Below are positions 36,263 to 49,516 of a DNA stretch of 64,000 nucleotides, piece by piece. Positions within the stretch are counted from its first letter, which is position 1. Each line of letters begins with the position of its first letter. Source of the DNA: Phyllobates terribilis (lineage: Eukaryota); assembly GCF_046119375.1 (NCBI RefSeq), contig NW_027362767.1:207824001-207888000 (forward strand), in the 5' to 3' direction. The notes below the pieces were generated by a model, which was given only the letters and a program-made list of their open reading frames with translations, did not search any database and was not told the origin of the DNA. A program made the translations under genes and the position numbers.

Positions 36263-37120
36263 GGGTATGTGCACACGATGCAGAAATGCTCCGGATTTTT
36301 TCCTGAGCATTTCTGCATCTCCCTGGCAGGAAAAAACACATGCGGATTGTACATGCGGATTGTACATGCGGTTTCCTGCCAGGGACATGCGGAAATGAAG
36401 CGGTCTTCACTTTCATCTCCACATGCGGGTTGACAAGCGATTTTAGCATCACTTGGAAAGTGCTTGTCAACTTCACACTATATAAATCCATGCAACCAGC
36501 ATGGATTTATATAGTGTGTGAATGTCAAAAAATAAAAAATAAATATATACTTTACCCTCTGATGGCCCCCGGTATCCTGCTTCGCTTGGTCCCGGCTACC
36601 GGCAGTGAAGACTGAAGGACCTGCCGACGTCAGCGTCACGTGACCTGTCACATGACTCTGACGTCAGCAAAGGTCCTTCTTCATTCAACCGAGAAGTGCC
36701 GGGAACCAAGCAGGAGCTCTGCGCGGGCCGTCAGAAGGTGAGTATATATATATTTTTTATTTTATTCTTTTTTTTTTAATGGTACCTGGGTCTGGATGAG
36801 AGTCCTCTCCTCCACACCCGGGTACCATCCGCACATTAGACCACATGAAAAACGCATCAACATATACAGTGATGCGGATTCCATGCGGTCTAATGCAAGT
36901 CAATGGCGCCAAAAAAGCAGCGTTTCCGCAAAATTAATTGACATGCTGCGGATTTTTGAGCGCAGCGTTTACGCTGCGGAAAAATCCGCATCATGGGCAC
37001 AGCACATGCGGATTTTAATTGGGGAACATTGCTGCCCTTCTACCATGCGTTTTTCATGCGTTTCCGCAACTGCAAAAACGCAGCGGAAACGCATTAAAAA
37101 CGCATCGTGTGAACTCAGCC
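36263..37120 (+). mobile_element. Family H Harbinger-like MITE in DIRS RNase H
   Basis: TAA|GGGTATGTGCACACGATGC ... GCATCGTGTGAACTCAGCC|TAA; highly similar to 9187-9982; removal restores TTHV|KVYS. Confidence 0.9.
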
Positions 37121-37339
37121 TAAAGGTGTATTCCGCCAACATAACCACAATAGATCTTCTTCTTCATCAAGGAAGCACGAAAAACGAGGATCTAAAGGTG
37201 ATTTCATCAAGAATTTTCTATTGGGCAGAGCGGTATCTCATCTCTCTATCGGCACTCCTTCCGAAGAGCCCCGCCAACATTCAGGCAGACTCTCTGAGCA
37301 GAAAGGATGTACATCCAGGAGAACAGAGTCTAGATATAA

Positions 37340-38527
37340 ATATCATATCATATTGCTTTTTGGTCGCTTTTTTTATTCAGATTTTTCAGACGCAGAATGA
37401 ACAAAAAACAGCAATTCAGTTATTGTGATTTTTTTTTTTTTGGTTCATCGCGCGGTAAAAAAGACCGATTTTATTCTTTGTGTCAGTACGATTACAGCGA
37501 TACCAGATTTATATAGTTTTTTTAATGTTTTTTTGCTACTTTTACACACTAAAAACAATATTTTACAAAAATGAAGTTGGTTTTGCATCACAATATTCTG
37601 AGAGCTGGAACATTTTTATTTTTTTTCCCCAAATGAGTCATATTAGGGCTTGTTTTTTTGCCAGATGGTGTAACGTTTTTTATTTATCCAATTTTTTTTT
37701 TTTTTTTTTTACATTTGACTCCTTGATAGTTTCTTTTTATTACATTTTTTGTGTCAGTTTTTTTTTTTATGTTTTCCTATGGCGTTCGCCGTACAGAATA
37801 AGTTACATGACAGTTTTATAGTTTGGGTTGTTCTGGAAATGGCAATAACAATTATGTGTACGTTTTTTTTTTGTTTTAATGGAAATGGTGTGTTTTTGGT
37901 GGCGAAACTTTTTTTGTGTTTTTTGTGCACTTTTTATGTGTTTTACATATTTTATTCCTCTTTTTTTCACTTAGTCCCACTGTGTATAATTTTCACTTTG
38001 ATCTCTGCTTTCGTGTTCTGCAGTGCCAGAGACCAGTCCGTGAGTCACTGACAGAGCCTGTGAATCCCTGTTTGTAGCAGGATCTTACAGGCCACAACCC
38101 TGGGGTCATCAGATGACCTCAGGGTACCATGGCAACGATTGTCACCCCCGATTATGATCACTGGGTCGATTCTGTCAAAGGGCTTTTTTAACCCCCTTTT
38201 AACCACTTATATGCCGCTATAGCGATTGACAGCAGTATTTATAATAATAATCTTTATTTTTTATAATAATCTTTATTTTTATATAGCGCTAACATGTTCC
38301 ACAGCGCTTTATTTAAGAGGTTAATCTGCTCTGATCGGTTCCAAAACTGGTTGGGGCTGATGTCGCAGGGTGTCAGCTCTCATATACAGCTGTCACCCAC
38401 GGGACTTGTGCTTGCTGTGGGGTGCTATTCAATTATTTTGGAGTGCCGTGAAAAAGCGGTGTTGAGGAATAAGGACCCTTAACTTCCACCATTAAAAAAG
38501 CGTATCGGCAGTCTTTAACAGGTTAAA
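37340..38527. mobile_element. Probable piggyBac-like non-autonomous right part, containing a very short L2 tail (38228-38311, minus strand)
   Basis: T-rich body ending CAGGTTAA. The tail reads AAGCGCTGTGGAACATGTTAGCGCTATATAAAAATAAAGATTATTAT on the minus strand. Confidence 0.4.
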
Positions 38528-39448
38528 AAAAGGTCAACTGACATGTCCTCCAAAACCTATGACCTTAGAGCCATATACTGTATGTATATGTAAAAATATT
38601 GTTTGGCCACCTCCAAGTGTCTATTATTATGTGACACTGATGGGAGCACGTGCATACAAGATTTTCGACTGTTCCCTTTGCCATATTAAATTTCAATGCT
38701 AGTGTACATTGTGCATGTGCCTGTGTAATGTTGTAAGAGCCACAACCACAGCTCTCAGCAATAAATTAATATTCATTGTGGCAATTCGGTCAGGTGTGGT
38801 CAGAATCTGCAGCGCCACCCAGCCATTATCACATTCTACCTGCATATGGCCACCCCTATCCTCAACATCCTCCTCCCCAGCCACATACTACAAAAAGCAA
38901 GGGTCCACACCCTTGATTATGGGCACTATACCCAGCAACTGCCTTATTATGGCCACCATGGAAGCTATTATCCTGGTGATCGTGCCCCTCCCCCTCCTCA
39001 ACATACTTATCCCCAACCCTCATGCCACCAGAAACCACCCAAGTGTCCTGTGCTGAGCAGTTGAGTGGAAGTGGGTCCACTTTCCCTCACAGGAGGACTA
39101 TGGGCATCTTTAGCTTGTTTAATATTTACTGTTTTTTTCTTTTGGGAGGAGCACAAAGTGTCCTGGGAGGAGTGTTTAAATTGTATATACTGTATTTTAT
39201 GTTTATATGTTACTAAAGTTTATTCTTGTAAAATTTGTTGGCTTCTCTATCAATATTAAAGTGGTTAGTACGTTTGTCCAAAGGGCGCTTCACACAAAGG
39301 GGGTGGAAGCAGGGGTGTAATAACAACGGGCCCAGAGGGTGCGATCACTACCAGGCCCAACTAGGGGGCCCGCTGACACCAGCGCCTATTGCACCTGCAT
39401 GTGCGTCCTCGGCTGGACATTCAGCTGAAATGTATCACGGTTCGTAAA

Positions 39449-41157
39449 TGTTATGATCTGCAACATAAACTAAGGAAAGATAGGAGAAAGCTATCCCTAC
39501 AGTAAGACTAAGCTGAATCCCTACGATGTAGTGGGCTGCCTGTTCCTTGTGAACATGTGACGCTCGCAGCCCTACCCTGGGAAGATGAGGGGATTACTCG
39601 TAACCGGGTCAGATGTTTTTGATGGGTTGAAGCTGTGGCCTGGACCCGTTCCGTGCCCAGGGCCGTCACATTAAAAAGGATGTAATGGGCTATCAGGGTT
39701 GAGTGGTTGCTATCGACTACGCCACCTGTGGTACCTGGTGAAGACCACCAGCGCTGCGGCAGTCCTCTGAGGCGGGATGTTGTGGCAGTCGACCTTGATA
39801 CTACTCCCCACAGGCGGAGCAGGGCCTCAGGGCAGAGACGAGGATGGCAGGGGTTGTAGTGTAGGAGGTCTGGTGCTATGTGGTGCGGTGAAGTGCAGAA
39901 ATAAGAGTCCGGAGGCCATAGGGGTTGACTTCCAGGGTTTTTACTCACGGTGGAGAGTACAGCTGCAAGGCTTCTCCCTGCTCCTCGTGGAGTTCTGCGG
40001 TTACCAAGGACGGGGGTCCGACAACCTCCGAGAAATTCAAGTGCTCAATCAGGACCCCGCACCCGAGTGTTCCTAGACTTCAAACCGGGTCCTTTCCTGT
40101 CTGTGTGTGTGTAGATAGGCCGGGTCTCCCTCTGGACTTCGCTCAGAAAAAGGGTACAGGTGGCAGCTCCGCTCCGTCCGTTACCCAGTGGGATCCTCTG
40201 GGCCTGCCGGGCTTCCCTGACTAGGACGTAAAGTAGCAAAGTTAGGTGTCGGGGGCCGGTACCCCTCTTGCAGCCAGAATCCCTCTGACTAGGCCAGAAT
40301 AGCGAGGACAGGTGGCGTATACCGCTCCGTCTGCATCTCCCTGGGATCCTTTTGCAGTGGAGCTATACTCCTAAGCTCCAGGCCTTCTTGGTTATGGTCG
40401 TTGACCGGGTTGAGACATACGTTAACTCCAACCTTCCCCTCGATCCAAGGCCAGGGTACGAGGGCCGTGTCTCCATCCGCTGCAGGTTCACCCAGAAGCC
40501 ACGTTCAGGGATGGAGATCACAATCAAAGAACCAAGAGCCCAAGATGGCTGTTTATTAAATATGAAATATTAAGTGTAAACTAGATGTTTGTCCTCCACC
40601 CTCACCCACTAAATGGTTCCCCCTATCTTTTGGCTCCCCAGTCTCCCATTTCCCAGTAGGGGCAGCACTCTAGTGCCTACTAGCCCCCTCTGGTGGGAGA
40701 AGTGTGGTGTTGGATGTGGAGGTGGGGTCCTGACCATTGCACCGTTCTTACCTAGAAGGAGGAACATCACACCCCATTGAAGAGGTGCAGCATCCCTGTG
40801 GCGGTCGAACCCTCAGGGGCGCCACAAACAGACCCGCCTTAGTCCTCGGCTAGTCTGAACGAAGACCTATAGAGTTAAGGGAGGGGTCCCTAAAAGAACT
40901 AAGGACTGGGACAAAAATGGGACACCTCCTAAACAGAAGTAGATGCAGAGCACAAAAGACAAAAAGACAAAACGTACTAGAGGTCCCAGAGGACCAAGCG
41001 AACTAGACAGAGATAGGCACAGAAGCACCTGGCTAGAGAGACAGTCAAACAACACTGAAGTCCAGCAAGGCCAGAAGGGCGGAGCTGGAATATATACGCA
41101 GATGGTCATGTGACCCCAAAACACAAGATAGAAAAAACTAACAGGAGGGTTCTAACA
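39449..41157 (-). mobile_element. Solo LTR related to the LTRs of the 56400-61393 element, split by a family A insertion
   Basis: TGTTATGATCTGC...CTAACA; perfect 5-bp TSD GTAAA; colinear with 56400-56821. Confidence 0.9.
39556..40826 (-). mobile_element. LTR-like element family A
   Basis: TGTGACGC...GGGGCGCCACA; perfect 4-bp TSD AACA. Confidence 0.88.
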
Positions 41158-41469
41158 GTAAACCTGCCAGCTCCTTGCACCTCGATGGCCAATCACAGTC
41201 CAGCAGTTAACATTGGCTTGCCTGTCATGGCCTGTATATTGCGGTGACATCATGCGCTGCATGTGACGGGTGGGCAGAGGTCAGCTGCCGAATTCTTTGC
41301 CGCACATAGAATAGGACGCCACACATTGTGGAAGCGGGCTAAGGTAAGAACAATTGTTTGTTTATTTGCAAAATGTGTTGACCAACAACGGAAGGGTCCC
41401 AAGATGGTGACATTATTCCATGGCGGGCGAAGACACGTCTCTCTAGTATGGAGAACACTACAAGGGCAA

Positions 41470-41690
41470 CTGACCAACATGCAGGTGAGGTCCCGCATGC
41501 ACGTGTCAGTGTACTGGATGTGTGGCCGCTACTCCTCCAATGGGCGGTGAAATTTTCCAGTGGACAGATGGGAAAATGTTATAGACTTCGCCAAGTGTTG
41601 AGGAAGTTCCATATAGAAAGCCAGTATGGAAGTGGCCATAGGATGAGTACTGGAAGACAATGGGATAAACCCATAGCCTTCGACACCTCT
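41470..41690 (-). pseudogene. Harbinger-like transposase N-terminal fragment
   Basis: FYMELPQHLAKSITFSHLSTGKFHRPLEE*RPHIQYTDTCMR resembles the LY.EL..F..YFRMS..FD.LL..I...DT.MR pattern. Confidence 0.5.
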
Positions 41691-41759
41691 GAGGCTCTTC
41701 CGTAAGCATGTGACATCACCATCAAAAACTGCGAGACACCAGCCAAAAGGCGAGTGGAG

Positions 41760-42516
41760 TAAGCAAGCAACATAGGGGGCAGAGGAGCTTAACCAGCTCA
41801 CCCCAAAACCATTTACCGGACACCGGGTCCGCGCCTACAGGGGGCCTATATCCCCAGCAGGAATAACCGGAACCCCTGGAGAACTTTACATCCCAGGTTC
41901 ACCAGAAGCTGACTGTTGTACCAGGGCCAGGAGTCACGGAGGCCCAAGAGACCAGGGAGTGTGATCTCCAACAGAAGGCCCTACCACCAGGTCAGCAGGT
42001 GCAAGACAGAGACCAAGTTAGGCCTAGCTCCAGGCAGGTCAGAAACTTATGAAGGAAAGGCAAGGAACAGGAGGCCCCACACCCACTTACTGGGGAGAGT
42101 CCTGATATGCACCCTTCACCCTGAATTACCCTGGGCTGTGCCAGAAACACCACCAGTAAAGGTACTGAAGTGAACTCCGGTGTGTGTGCCTATTCTTCTA
42201 TTCTTCCTCTGACCCGGCTGGGTCCCCTCTGTCCTGCATCCTTCTCCTACACTGCCCTGAGGCCCGGCTCCACCTGTGGGGAGTCGTACCAACTAAGCTG
42301 CCTAAACACCGGCCTCAGAGGACTGTCGCAGCGCTGGTGATCCTCACCAGACACCACAGGTGGCGTCACGAACATTCCCTATCCCATATAACTTCCCCCC
42401 TTCTTTTAAGAGTGACCCCAGGGTACGGGCCTGGGAGCCGACCACCGCGACATCCCCCAAGATCAGGCAACAACAAGGCCCGAGCGCCGAGTCGTCCCCA
42501 TCCCCTGGGCGCGTCA
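41760..42516 (+). mobile_element. 5'-truncated family A LTR-like element
   Basis: Reverse complement of 7700-7990; ends GGGCGCGTCA. Confidence 0.75.
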
Positions 42517-43501
42517 CTAGCTCCAGGGAAGTGTAGATGTTGTAGCTTGTGCTGGGCGTTGTAGTGCAGGGAGTGATGGCGCAGCAAGAAACACAGAGAC
42601 AAGGTAGTACAGTCCCAGAGTCTTTACTCACAGTTGTTGCAGTCCAGATTACAGGGATCCATGTAACTGCCCTCGTCGTCCTGTGTTTACTCAGGGAGGG
42701 GTCCGGTCTACCGCCAGTTAACTCTGGAGTACTTAGCAAGACCCCCTTCTGTGTGTCCTCGCTCTCTGGCCTTCTTCCTGCACCTCACGCCTAGTGTCTT
42801 TTATCCGGTACCCACGGGCCTTGGCGGGCGACGTCTGTTCCGTCCCCTGGGCCCTATATGGCTACTTTCTCGGTGAGACTGGCGTGGACTTGTGGCTACA
42901 GGACATAAAGTACTGCAGCCTCCGGTTTCTAGTTGGGCATAAAGTCCTCCGCTAGTTGAGGGACTGGTTCCCTTTTGATGGCCTGACCCCTCCACCGCCT
43001 GGCAGATGCGGGCGTACGGGTGGCCTTCTGCACGGACCGTACCCCTAGGGTCCTTTCTTGATTCTTGGAGCCTTTCTCCTGCTCCCTCTCCTCTCTTCTC
43101 TCCTTCTCTTCAGACTTGGGCCTCACTGGCTAGGCCCACCTCTGGAGCAGAGCTCCTGCAGAGCCTCTGCTCCCCTCACTTTCCTCCTCTGACTGAACTG
43201 ATCTGAACCCTCTAAGATGGCTTCTCATTTTATACCTCCTTCTCATGTGCTCCCCTAAGCTACTTTCTCCACCCACACCCACTACATGGTTCCCCCTCAC
43301 TAGGCTCCCCTCCACTCCAGCCAGGGACCAGGGACTGTGCTCTCCCTTAGGAGCAATCTCGCCCTGCCCTGCTGAAGTGGACGTGTTGGATGCAGGTGTT
43401 AGGGTCCTGGGCTGTACTCCTTCCTTACCTGAGAGTGAGATGCCACACCTCTGGCTGAGATGCAACACCTCTGTGGCGACCAAACCCTCAGGGGTGCCAC
43501 A
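42517..43501 (-). mobile_element. 3'-truncated family A LTR-like element
   Basis: Right end CAAACCCTCAGGGGTGCCACA, as at 40808-40826 and (reverse) 6180. Confidence 0.7.
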
Positions 43502-43559
43502 GAAGCAACGGATGACAATCTGACATCTGAATGTGGAGAGAGATTGTCTTCCTGGCTAA

Positions 43560-43960
43560 GAATAAAGTTTCTCTGGGAAAGATTTGGGTACGATACTGCC
43601 ATTGTTTCTCGCCAAACAAAGCCAGCTTAGGTTCACACAGCATAGGACTCGACAATAGGGAGGACAGTGTCCCAAAAACATTAAGCCAAAAGGAGGCAAT
43701 GGGGACAAGTCCATATCAAATGCCAGAAGTCAGCATTCAGAGAGGGACAACGATGGCACTCTACAGAGGGGGTCCTGCCCATCTCGTGCAGCCAAACAGG
43801 GGTCAGGTATGTATGATAAATAATATAAATCCATGTCAGCTTGTTATTAATTGCCGGCGAGACTGTAAGATGCGAACACATCACATCCTGCCAATCCTCT
43901 GCTAACAGGGAGGAGAATAAATCTTCCCACTTGCCTCCACCGGCATTGAGGAGGAGCCAA
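43560..43960 (-). pseudogene. L1 ORF2 C-terminal (CCHC) fragment
   Basis: WQDV..IIYHTYLTPVWLHEMG..CHRC..HLIWTCP. Confidence 0.75.
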
Positions 43961-44865
43961 CCTTTGCCAACCAAAGATATGTATATAGAGCAAGAATCAG
44001 CCCCTCAGGGCCGTGGGATCTAAGAATACCAGTAAGAGGTTATGAGGAGAGGGGCAGTAAGTGGAGTGAACCGTGCATTTTTCTATTCCCTTTTTTGGGA
44101 GGCAGAATGAACAGTTAAGACTAAGTTTAAATCAGAAGGTATTAGTTTTGATTTAACAATGAGTCTAGATCTAAACAATGCTTTAATAAATTGTGAGACC
44201 CAGTAATTTGCTGCCAAGTCATAGGCAAATAAGGCACCAAGTGCTGAGACCTGAACCTTCAGGGTACCAGTAAACATTCCGAACTCCAGTCCTTTTTGTA
44301 GGAATTCTAAAATCTTCCCGATAGGTGCACCCTCTTCTACTCTAACACCTGAAAAGGCAAAGAACTTCTTCCAAGTTCTGGCATAAATGCATGTAGCAAC
44401 TGGCTTTCTACTACCTAAAAGAGTGTTTATGAGGTTTGAAGAGAAACCTTTATTTTTCATTAACGCCCTTTCAAATTTCACACAGTCAGATGTAGTCCTG
44501 GCGCTAGAGGATGAACAATCGGCCCCTGCGAGAGGAGGTTCAAGATCTCTGAAAAGATCCAAGGGTCTGTTACCGACATCTCCCTTAGACAGGAGAACCA
44601 TGGCCTCTTGGGCCGGAAGGGAGCTATGAGCACGACCCGTGCTCTATCTACCCTGATTTTCCTTATGACAACTGGGAGTAGGGATGCAGGAGGAAACGCA
44701 TAAGCCAGGCTGAACTTCCAGGGAATTAGTAGAGACCACCATCAGATGATTCTCCCTGGGATTTAGGGAACAGAATTCTCTCACCTTCCGATTCTGTTTT
44801 GTGGCAAACAGATCCACCACCAGAAGACCCCAGATTAGAACTATCTGAGAAAACATCTGTGAATT

Positions 44866-45535
44866 TGTAAGGGGGAAGACCGGGGTGTAAGTACTTTCAG
44901 AACAAGGGATCCGGAACTGCCGAGGCCGTGACTCTGGTTGCAGGCGGAAGACAGACTGCGAGCACAGGAGTCAGGTGACCGGGAAGCTGGGGGCATGTCC
45001 AGAGCCAGAGCTCAGGGGTCAGGGGACCGGGGAGCTGGGGGGCGTGTCTAGGAAGAGGAAGAAAAAGGAGTTTTGCGCAGGAAAGCAGGGAGTTGACAGT
45101 TGGGGTCAAGCCCGACTAGAGGGAGAAGAGACGCAGGGTCCGTGGAGCCAAGCAAGTGAGATGCAGTGTTATGGACTAGGGGCTCAGCGGGTCAAACCGG
45201 AGACCGCTCGCTGCCGCCAGAAGACGGAGCATTGTTTAGGCGGGGAAGCCAGAAGAAAACAACACCGGCATCAGCCGGCAACTGCCTTGTGGGGAACAAG
45301 AGTCAGCTAAGTGTAAAAACTGCCGATTACAACTGTGTCGACTCTGCTACATCTAGCCAAACTGTGAATTGTCATTTATAGTCTGTTACCTGCTACTCCC
45401 CTTTTTGTCCCCATATTTCCCCTGTTACTTCCTGCGTGGAGATTGACCCTGTTACAATAAATCCCCCCTGTTTATTAACCCTGTACTGGCTGCTCTGTGT
45501 TTCTGTGTCACTGCATCTAAAGTACCTGTGTTACA
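44866..45535 (+). mobile_element. Solo LTR-like insertion between DIRS RNase H and MT-like domain
   Basis: TGTAAG...GTTACA, AATAAA near 45455; TSD imperfect. Confidence 0.65.
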
Positions 45536-46235
45536 TTTTCAGCACCTATTCTCCCTCCTTTGAAGTATTACGGCTCAGGAAGTCTGACTTGATGTTTTCC
45601 TTTCCTTTTAAGTGTAAGGTAGTAAGGGAGAGTAAATGACTTTCTGCCTTCTGTAACAGCTTGTCCACAACTTTCATAAGATTTTTTTGACTTGGTACCC
45701 CCTTGGTGATTTATATAAGCCACGGAAACCCGGTTGTCCGATAGCACCCTGACGTCCTGGCCCTGTAGAGATAGAAGGAACCCGCTTACTGCCTGATCCA
45801 CTGCCAACAGTTCTTTAACATTAGAGGGGAATTTTTTCTCTTCCTCCGTCCAAACTCCCTGGACTATTTTACTGTCTAGATGGGCTCCCCAACCCGTGGG
45901 ACTTGCGTCTGTGGTTAAAACATGGGTTGGATTTACCTCCCAGGTGACCCCCCTGGACAGGTTCTCTCTATCCAGACACCATCGATGGGATTGTGTCGAG
46001 CGAGGGGATAAGGTTAATTTACCTTCAAGATGCACACCCAGGGTTGACTCATTATATAGCACTTCCCACTGAAGAGCTCTAGGGTGGAACTGGGTCCATA
46101 AGACTGAGGGGAAACGGAACATTAAGGTGCCTAATAAAGACATTGTCTTTCGAAGAATCATGGAGGGTTTATGTATGGCTTCGTTCACCTGATGCTGAAT
46201 CATTTTAACTTTCAAGGCTGGCAGCTGTTACACCT

Positions 46236-49200
46236 TGTTATGCTTACGCCTGGACTGTTTGACGTGAGCGTGGTTAGTGGTCCCACTGGTCCACGAACCG
46301 AGGAGTGCCTGGAGGGGCGTGACTAGGGGCCTCGCCAGATCTGATCACGGGCGCACAGTGGCTTAATCGACTCCGTGGTCCGAGGAGGGACGTGAGAGGT
46401 GGCCCAGGTGCTACTCCAAGTCAGATCCTGTTCACACAGCTGTTGACCCACACCGGGGAATGCAGGAACGGGCAGGTTTGACTGGTATGCAGATAGGCGG
46501 GTACTGGCAGGCACGACTGGTATGCAGACAGGCGGGTACTGGCAGGCATGACTGGTATGCAGACAGGCGGGTACTGGCAGGCACGGCTGGTATGCAGACA
46601 GACGGGTACTGGCAGGCATGACTGGTATGCAGACAGGTGGGTACTGGCAGGCACGGCTGGTATGCAGACAGGCGGGTACTGGCAGGCACGGCTGGTATAC
46701 AGACAGGCGGGTACTGGCAGGCAGGTAAACAGGCTGGATAGGGACCAGTACAGACTGGGATAGAGGAACAGAGCCGCAGGTGCGGAGAGGAAGCGGAGCA
46801 GGGCAGAGTAGAGCAGAGCCGCAGGAGTGGAGGGGAAGCGGAGCAGAGCAGAGCAGAAGCGCCGGTGCAGAGGGGAAGTGGAGCAGGGCAGAGCAGAGCC
46901 GCAGGTGCGGAGGGGAAGTGAAGCAGGGCAGAGCAGAGCAGAGCCGCAGGTGCGGAGGGTATGCGGAGCAGGGCAGAGCAGAACCGCAGGTGCGGAGGGG
47001 AAGCGGAGCATGGCAGAGCAGAGCAAAGCCGCAGGTGCAGAGGGGAAGCGGAGCAGGGCAGAGCAGTGCCGCAGGTGCAGAGGGGAAGCGGAGCAGGGCA
47101 GAGCAGAGCAGAGCCGCAGGTGCGGAGGGGAAGCGGAGCAGGGCAGAGCAGAGCAGAGCCGCAGGTGCGCAGGGGAAGCGGGGAAGAGCAGAGCCGCAGA
47201 TGCGGAGGGGAAGCAGAGCAGAGCCGCAGGTGCAGAGGGGAAGCGGAGCAGGGCAGAGCAGAGCCTCAGGTGCAGAGGGAAAGCGGAGCAGGGCAGAGCA
47301 GAGCCTCAGGTGTGGAGGGGAAGCAGAGCAGGGCAGAGCAGAGCCGCAGGTGCGGATGGGAAGCGGAGCAGAGCAGTGCTGCAGGAGCGGAGAGACAGGA
47401 CAGTGCTCTGTTCACATGGAACAGACAGGGACAGCGAAACACAGGAAGATAGCTAGAACACAGGAGGTAGATACAGAGGAAGGGAAACGGGACAAGCAGA
47501 ACCAGATACACACAAGGTACTTGCTATGAAGTAGCGAGTAGACACAAAACTCACAAACAGAAGTACAGAGACGAGTAGGAGTTAGGTACTGGTTCAGACA
47601 GTACAGGAAAAGGGAAGAATCGGACATAGAGACAAACAGGTAACGGGCTAGGACACAGTTCAGACAGGAGCTGACACAGGAACGAGATACAGGAACGAGC
47701 CTGGGCATTCAGCCCCCAGGGTGGCGGAATAGACTAGAAGTCACAGATACAGGTAACGGGCCGGTGCAGAGGGGAAGTGGAGCAGGGCAGAGCAGAGCCG
47801 CAGGTGCGGAGGGGAAGTGAAGCAGGGCAGAGCAGAGCCGCAGGTGCGGAGGGTATGCGGAGCAGGGCAGAGCAGAGCAGAACCGCAGGTGCGGAGGGGA
47901 AGCGGAGCAGAGCAGAGCAGAAGCGCAGGTGCAGAGGGGAAGTGGAGCAGGGCAGAGCAGAGCAGAGCCGCAGGTGCGGAGGGGAAGCGGAGCAGGCAGA
48001 GCAGAGCTGCATGTGCGGAGGAGAAGCGGAGCAGGGCAGAGCAGAGCAGAGGCGCAGGTGCGGAGGGGAAGCGGAGCAGGGCAGAGCAGAGCCGCAGGTG
48101 CGCAGGGGAAGCGGGGAAGAGCAGAGCCGCAGATGCGGAGGGGAAGCAGAGCAGAGCCGCAGGTGCAGAGGGGAAGCGGAGCAGGGCAGAGCAGAGCCTC
48201 AGGTGCAGAGGGAAAGCGGAGCAGGGCAGAGCAGAGCCTCAGGTGTGGAGGGGAAGCAGAGCAGGGCAGAGCAGAAGCGCCGGTGCAGAGGGGAAGTGGA
48301 GCAGGGCAGAGCAGAGCCGCAGGTGCGGAGGGGAAGCGTAGCAGGGCAGAGCAGAGCCGCAGGTGTGGAGGGGAAGCGGAGCAGGGCAGAGCAGAGCCAC
48401 AGATGTGGAGGGGAAGCGGAGCAGGGCAGAGCAGAGCTGCAGGTGCGGAGAGGAAGCGGAGCATGGCAGAGCAGAGCAAAGCCGCAGGTGCAGAGGGGAA
48501 GCGGAGCAGGGCAGAGCAGTGCCGCAGGTGCAGAGGGGAAGCGGAGCAGGGCAGAGCAGAGCAGAGCCGCAGGTGCGAAGGGGAAGCGGAGCAGGGCAGA
48601 GCAGAGCAGAGCCGCAGGTGCGCAGGGGAAGCGGGGAAGAGCAGAGCCGCAGATGCGGAGGGGAAGCAGAGCAGAGCCGCAGGTGCAGAGGGGAAGCGGA
48701 GCAGGGCAGAGCAGAGCCTCAGGTGCAGAGGGAAAGCGGAGCAGGGCAGAGCAGAGCCTCAGGTGTGGAGGGGAAGCAGAGCAGGGCAGAGCAGAGCCGC
48801 AGGTGCGGATGGGAAGCGGAGCAGAGCAGTGCTGCAGGAGCGGAGAGACAGGACAGTGCTCTGTTCACATGGAACAGACAGGGACAGCGAAACACAGGAA
48901 GATAGCTAGAACACAGGAGGTAGATACAGAGGAAGGGAAACGGGACAAGCAGAACCAGATACACACAAGGTACTTGCTATGAAGTAGCGAGTAGACACAA
49001 AACTCACAAACAGAAGTACAGAGACGAGTAGGAGTTAGGTACTGGTTCAGACAGTACAGGAAAAGGGAAGAATCAGACATAGAGACAAACAGGTAACGGG
49101 CTAGGACACAGTTCAGACAGGAGCTGACACAGGAACGAGATACAGGAACGAGCCTGGGCATTCAGCCCCCAGGGTGGCGGAATAGACTAGAAGTCACAGA

Positions 49201-49516
49201 TACAGGTAACGGGCCTGGGAACTCACAGTTGCACAGAACACACTGTAAGAAAGTGTTGCTCAGGCACCTCCTACTGGGTGGAGGAGGTTTAAGTATCCAG
49301 TGACTCACAGCAATAGGCTGGGGATGCATTAGGACTGCGCACACTGTAACTTTAAGAATCAGGAAGTTCCAGCGCCGCCGCCCTAAGCCAGCATTCAAGA
49401 GACATGCACACAGCAAGTAGAGGAGCCTAATGCACAGCCAGGACTGGTAGGTAAGTTGGCGGTCTTGCATGGTGGGAGATGGTAAGCCATGCCAGCACGC
49501 CACCAGGGCTGTTACA
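46236..49516 (-). mobile_element. Solo LTR inflated by tandem repeats and a 1453-bp duplication, inserted in DIRS RT
   Basis: TGTTATG...GTTACA; perfect 5-bp TSD CACCT; 35-bp repeats at 46480-46724; ~40-bp GCAGAGCAGAGCCGCAGGTGCGGAGGGGAAGCGGAGCAGG repeats at 46765-47390 and 47763-48845. Confidence 0.85.

Larger units (their letters stand above)
32990..37330 (+). mobile_element. Decayed DIRS1-like (tyrosine recombinase) retrotransposon: gag, RT and RNase H, with three insertions
   Basis: gag: EDVEELLTAVRSTM, TTLPFED, FLADTLAESAK..SLWLKSW. RT: LFLAKKPSGSYRIIINLKPLN, IDLQGAYYHVPI, SFGISSA, PYFDDFL. RNase H: HQGST, WAERYL, QADSLSR. Confidence 0.9.

Noticed and set aside
38700-39064. Pro/His/Tyr-rich ORF
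   Set aside because: Frameshifted and low-complexity with no splice context; more likely a Harbinger ORF2 tail than a host gene.
46421-48982. 200-400 aa Ala/Gly/Arg/Glu-rich ORFs
   Set aside because: Translation of the LTR-internal 35-40 bp repeats.
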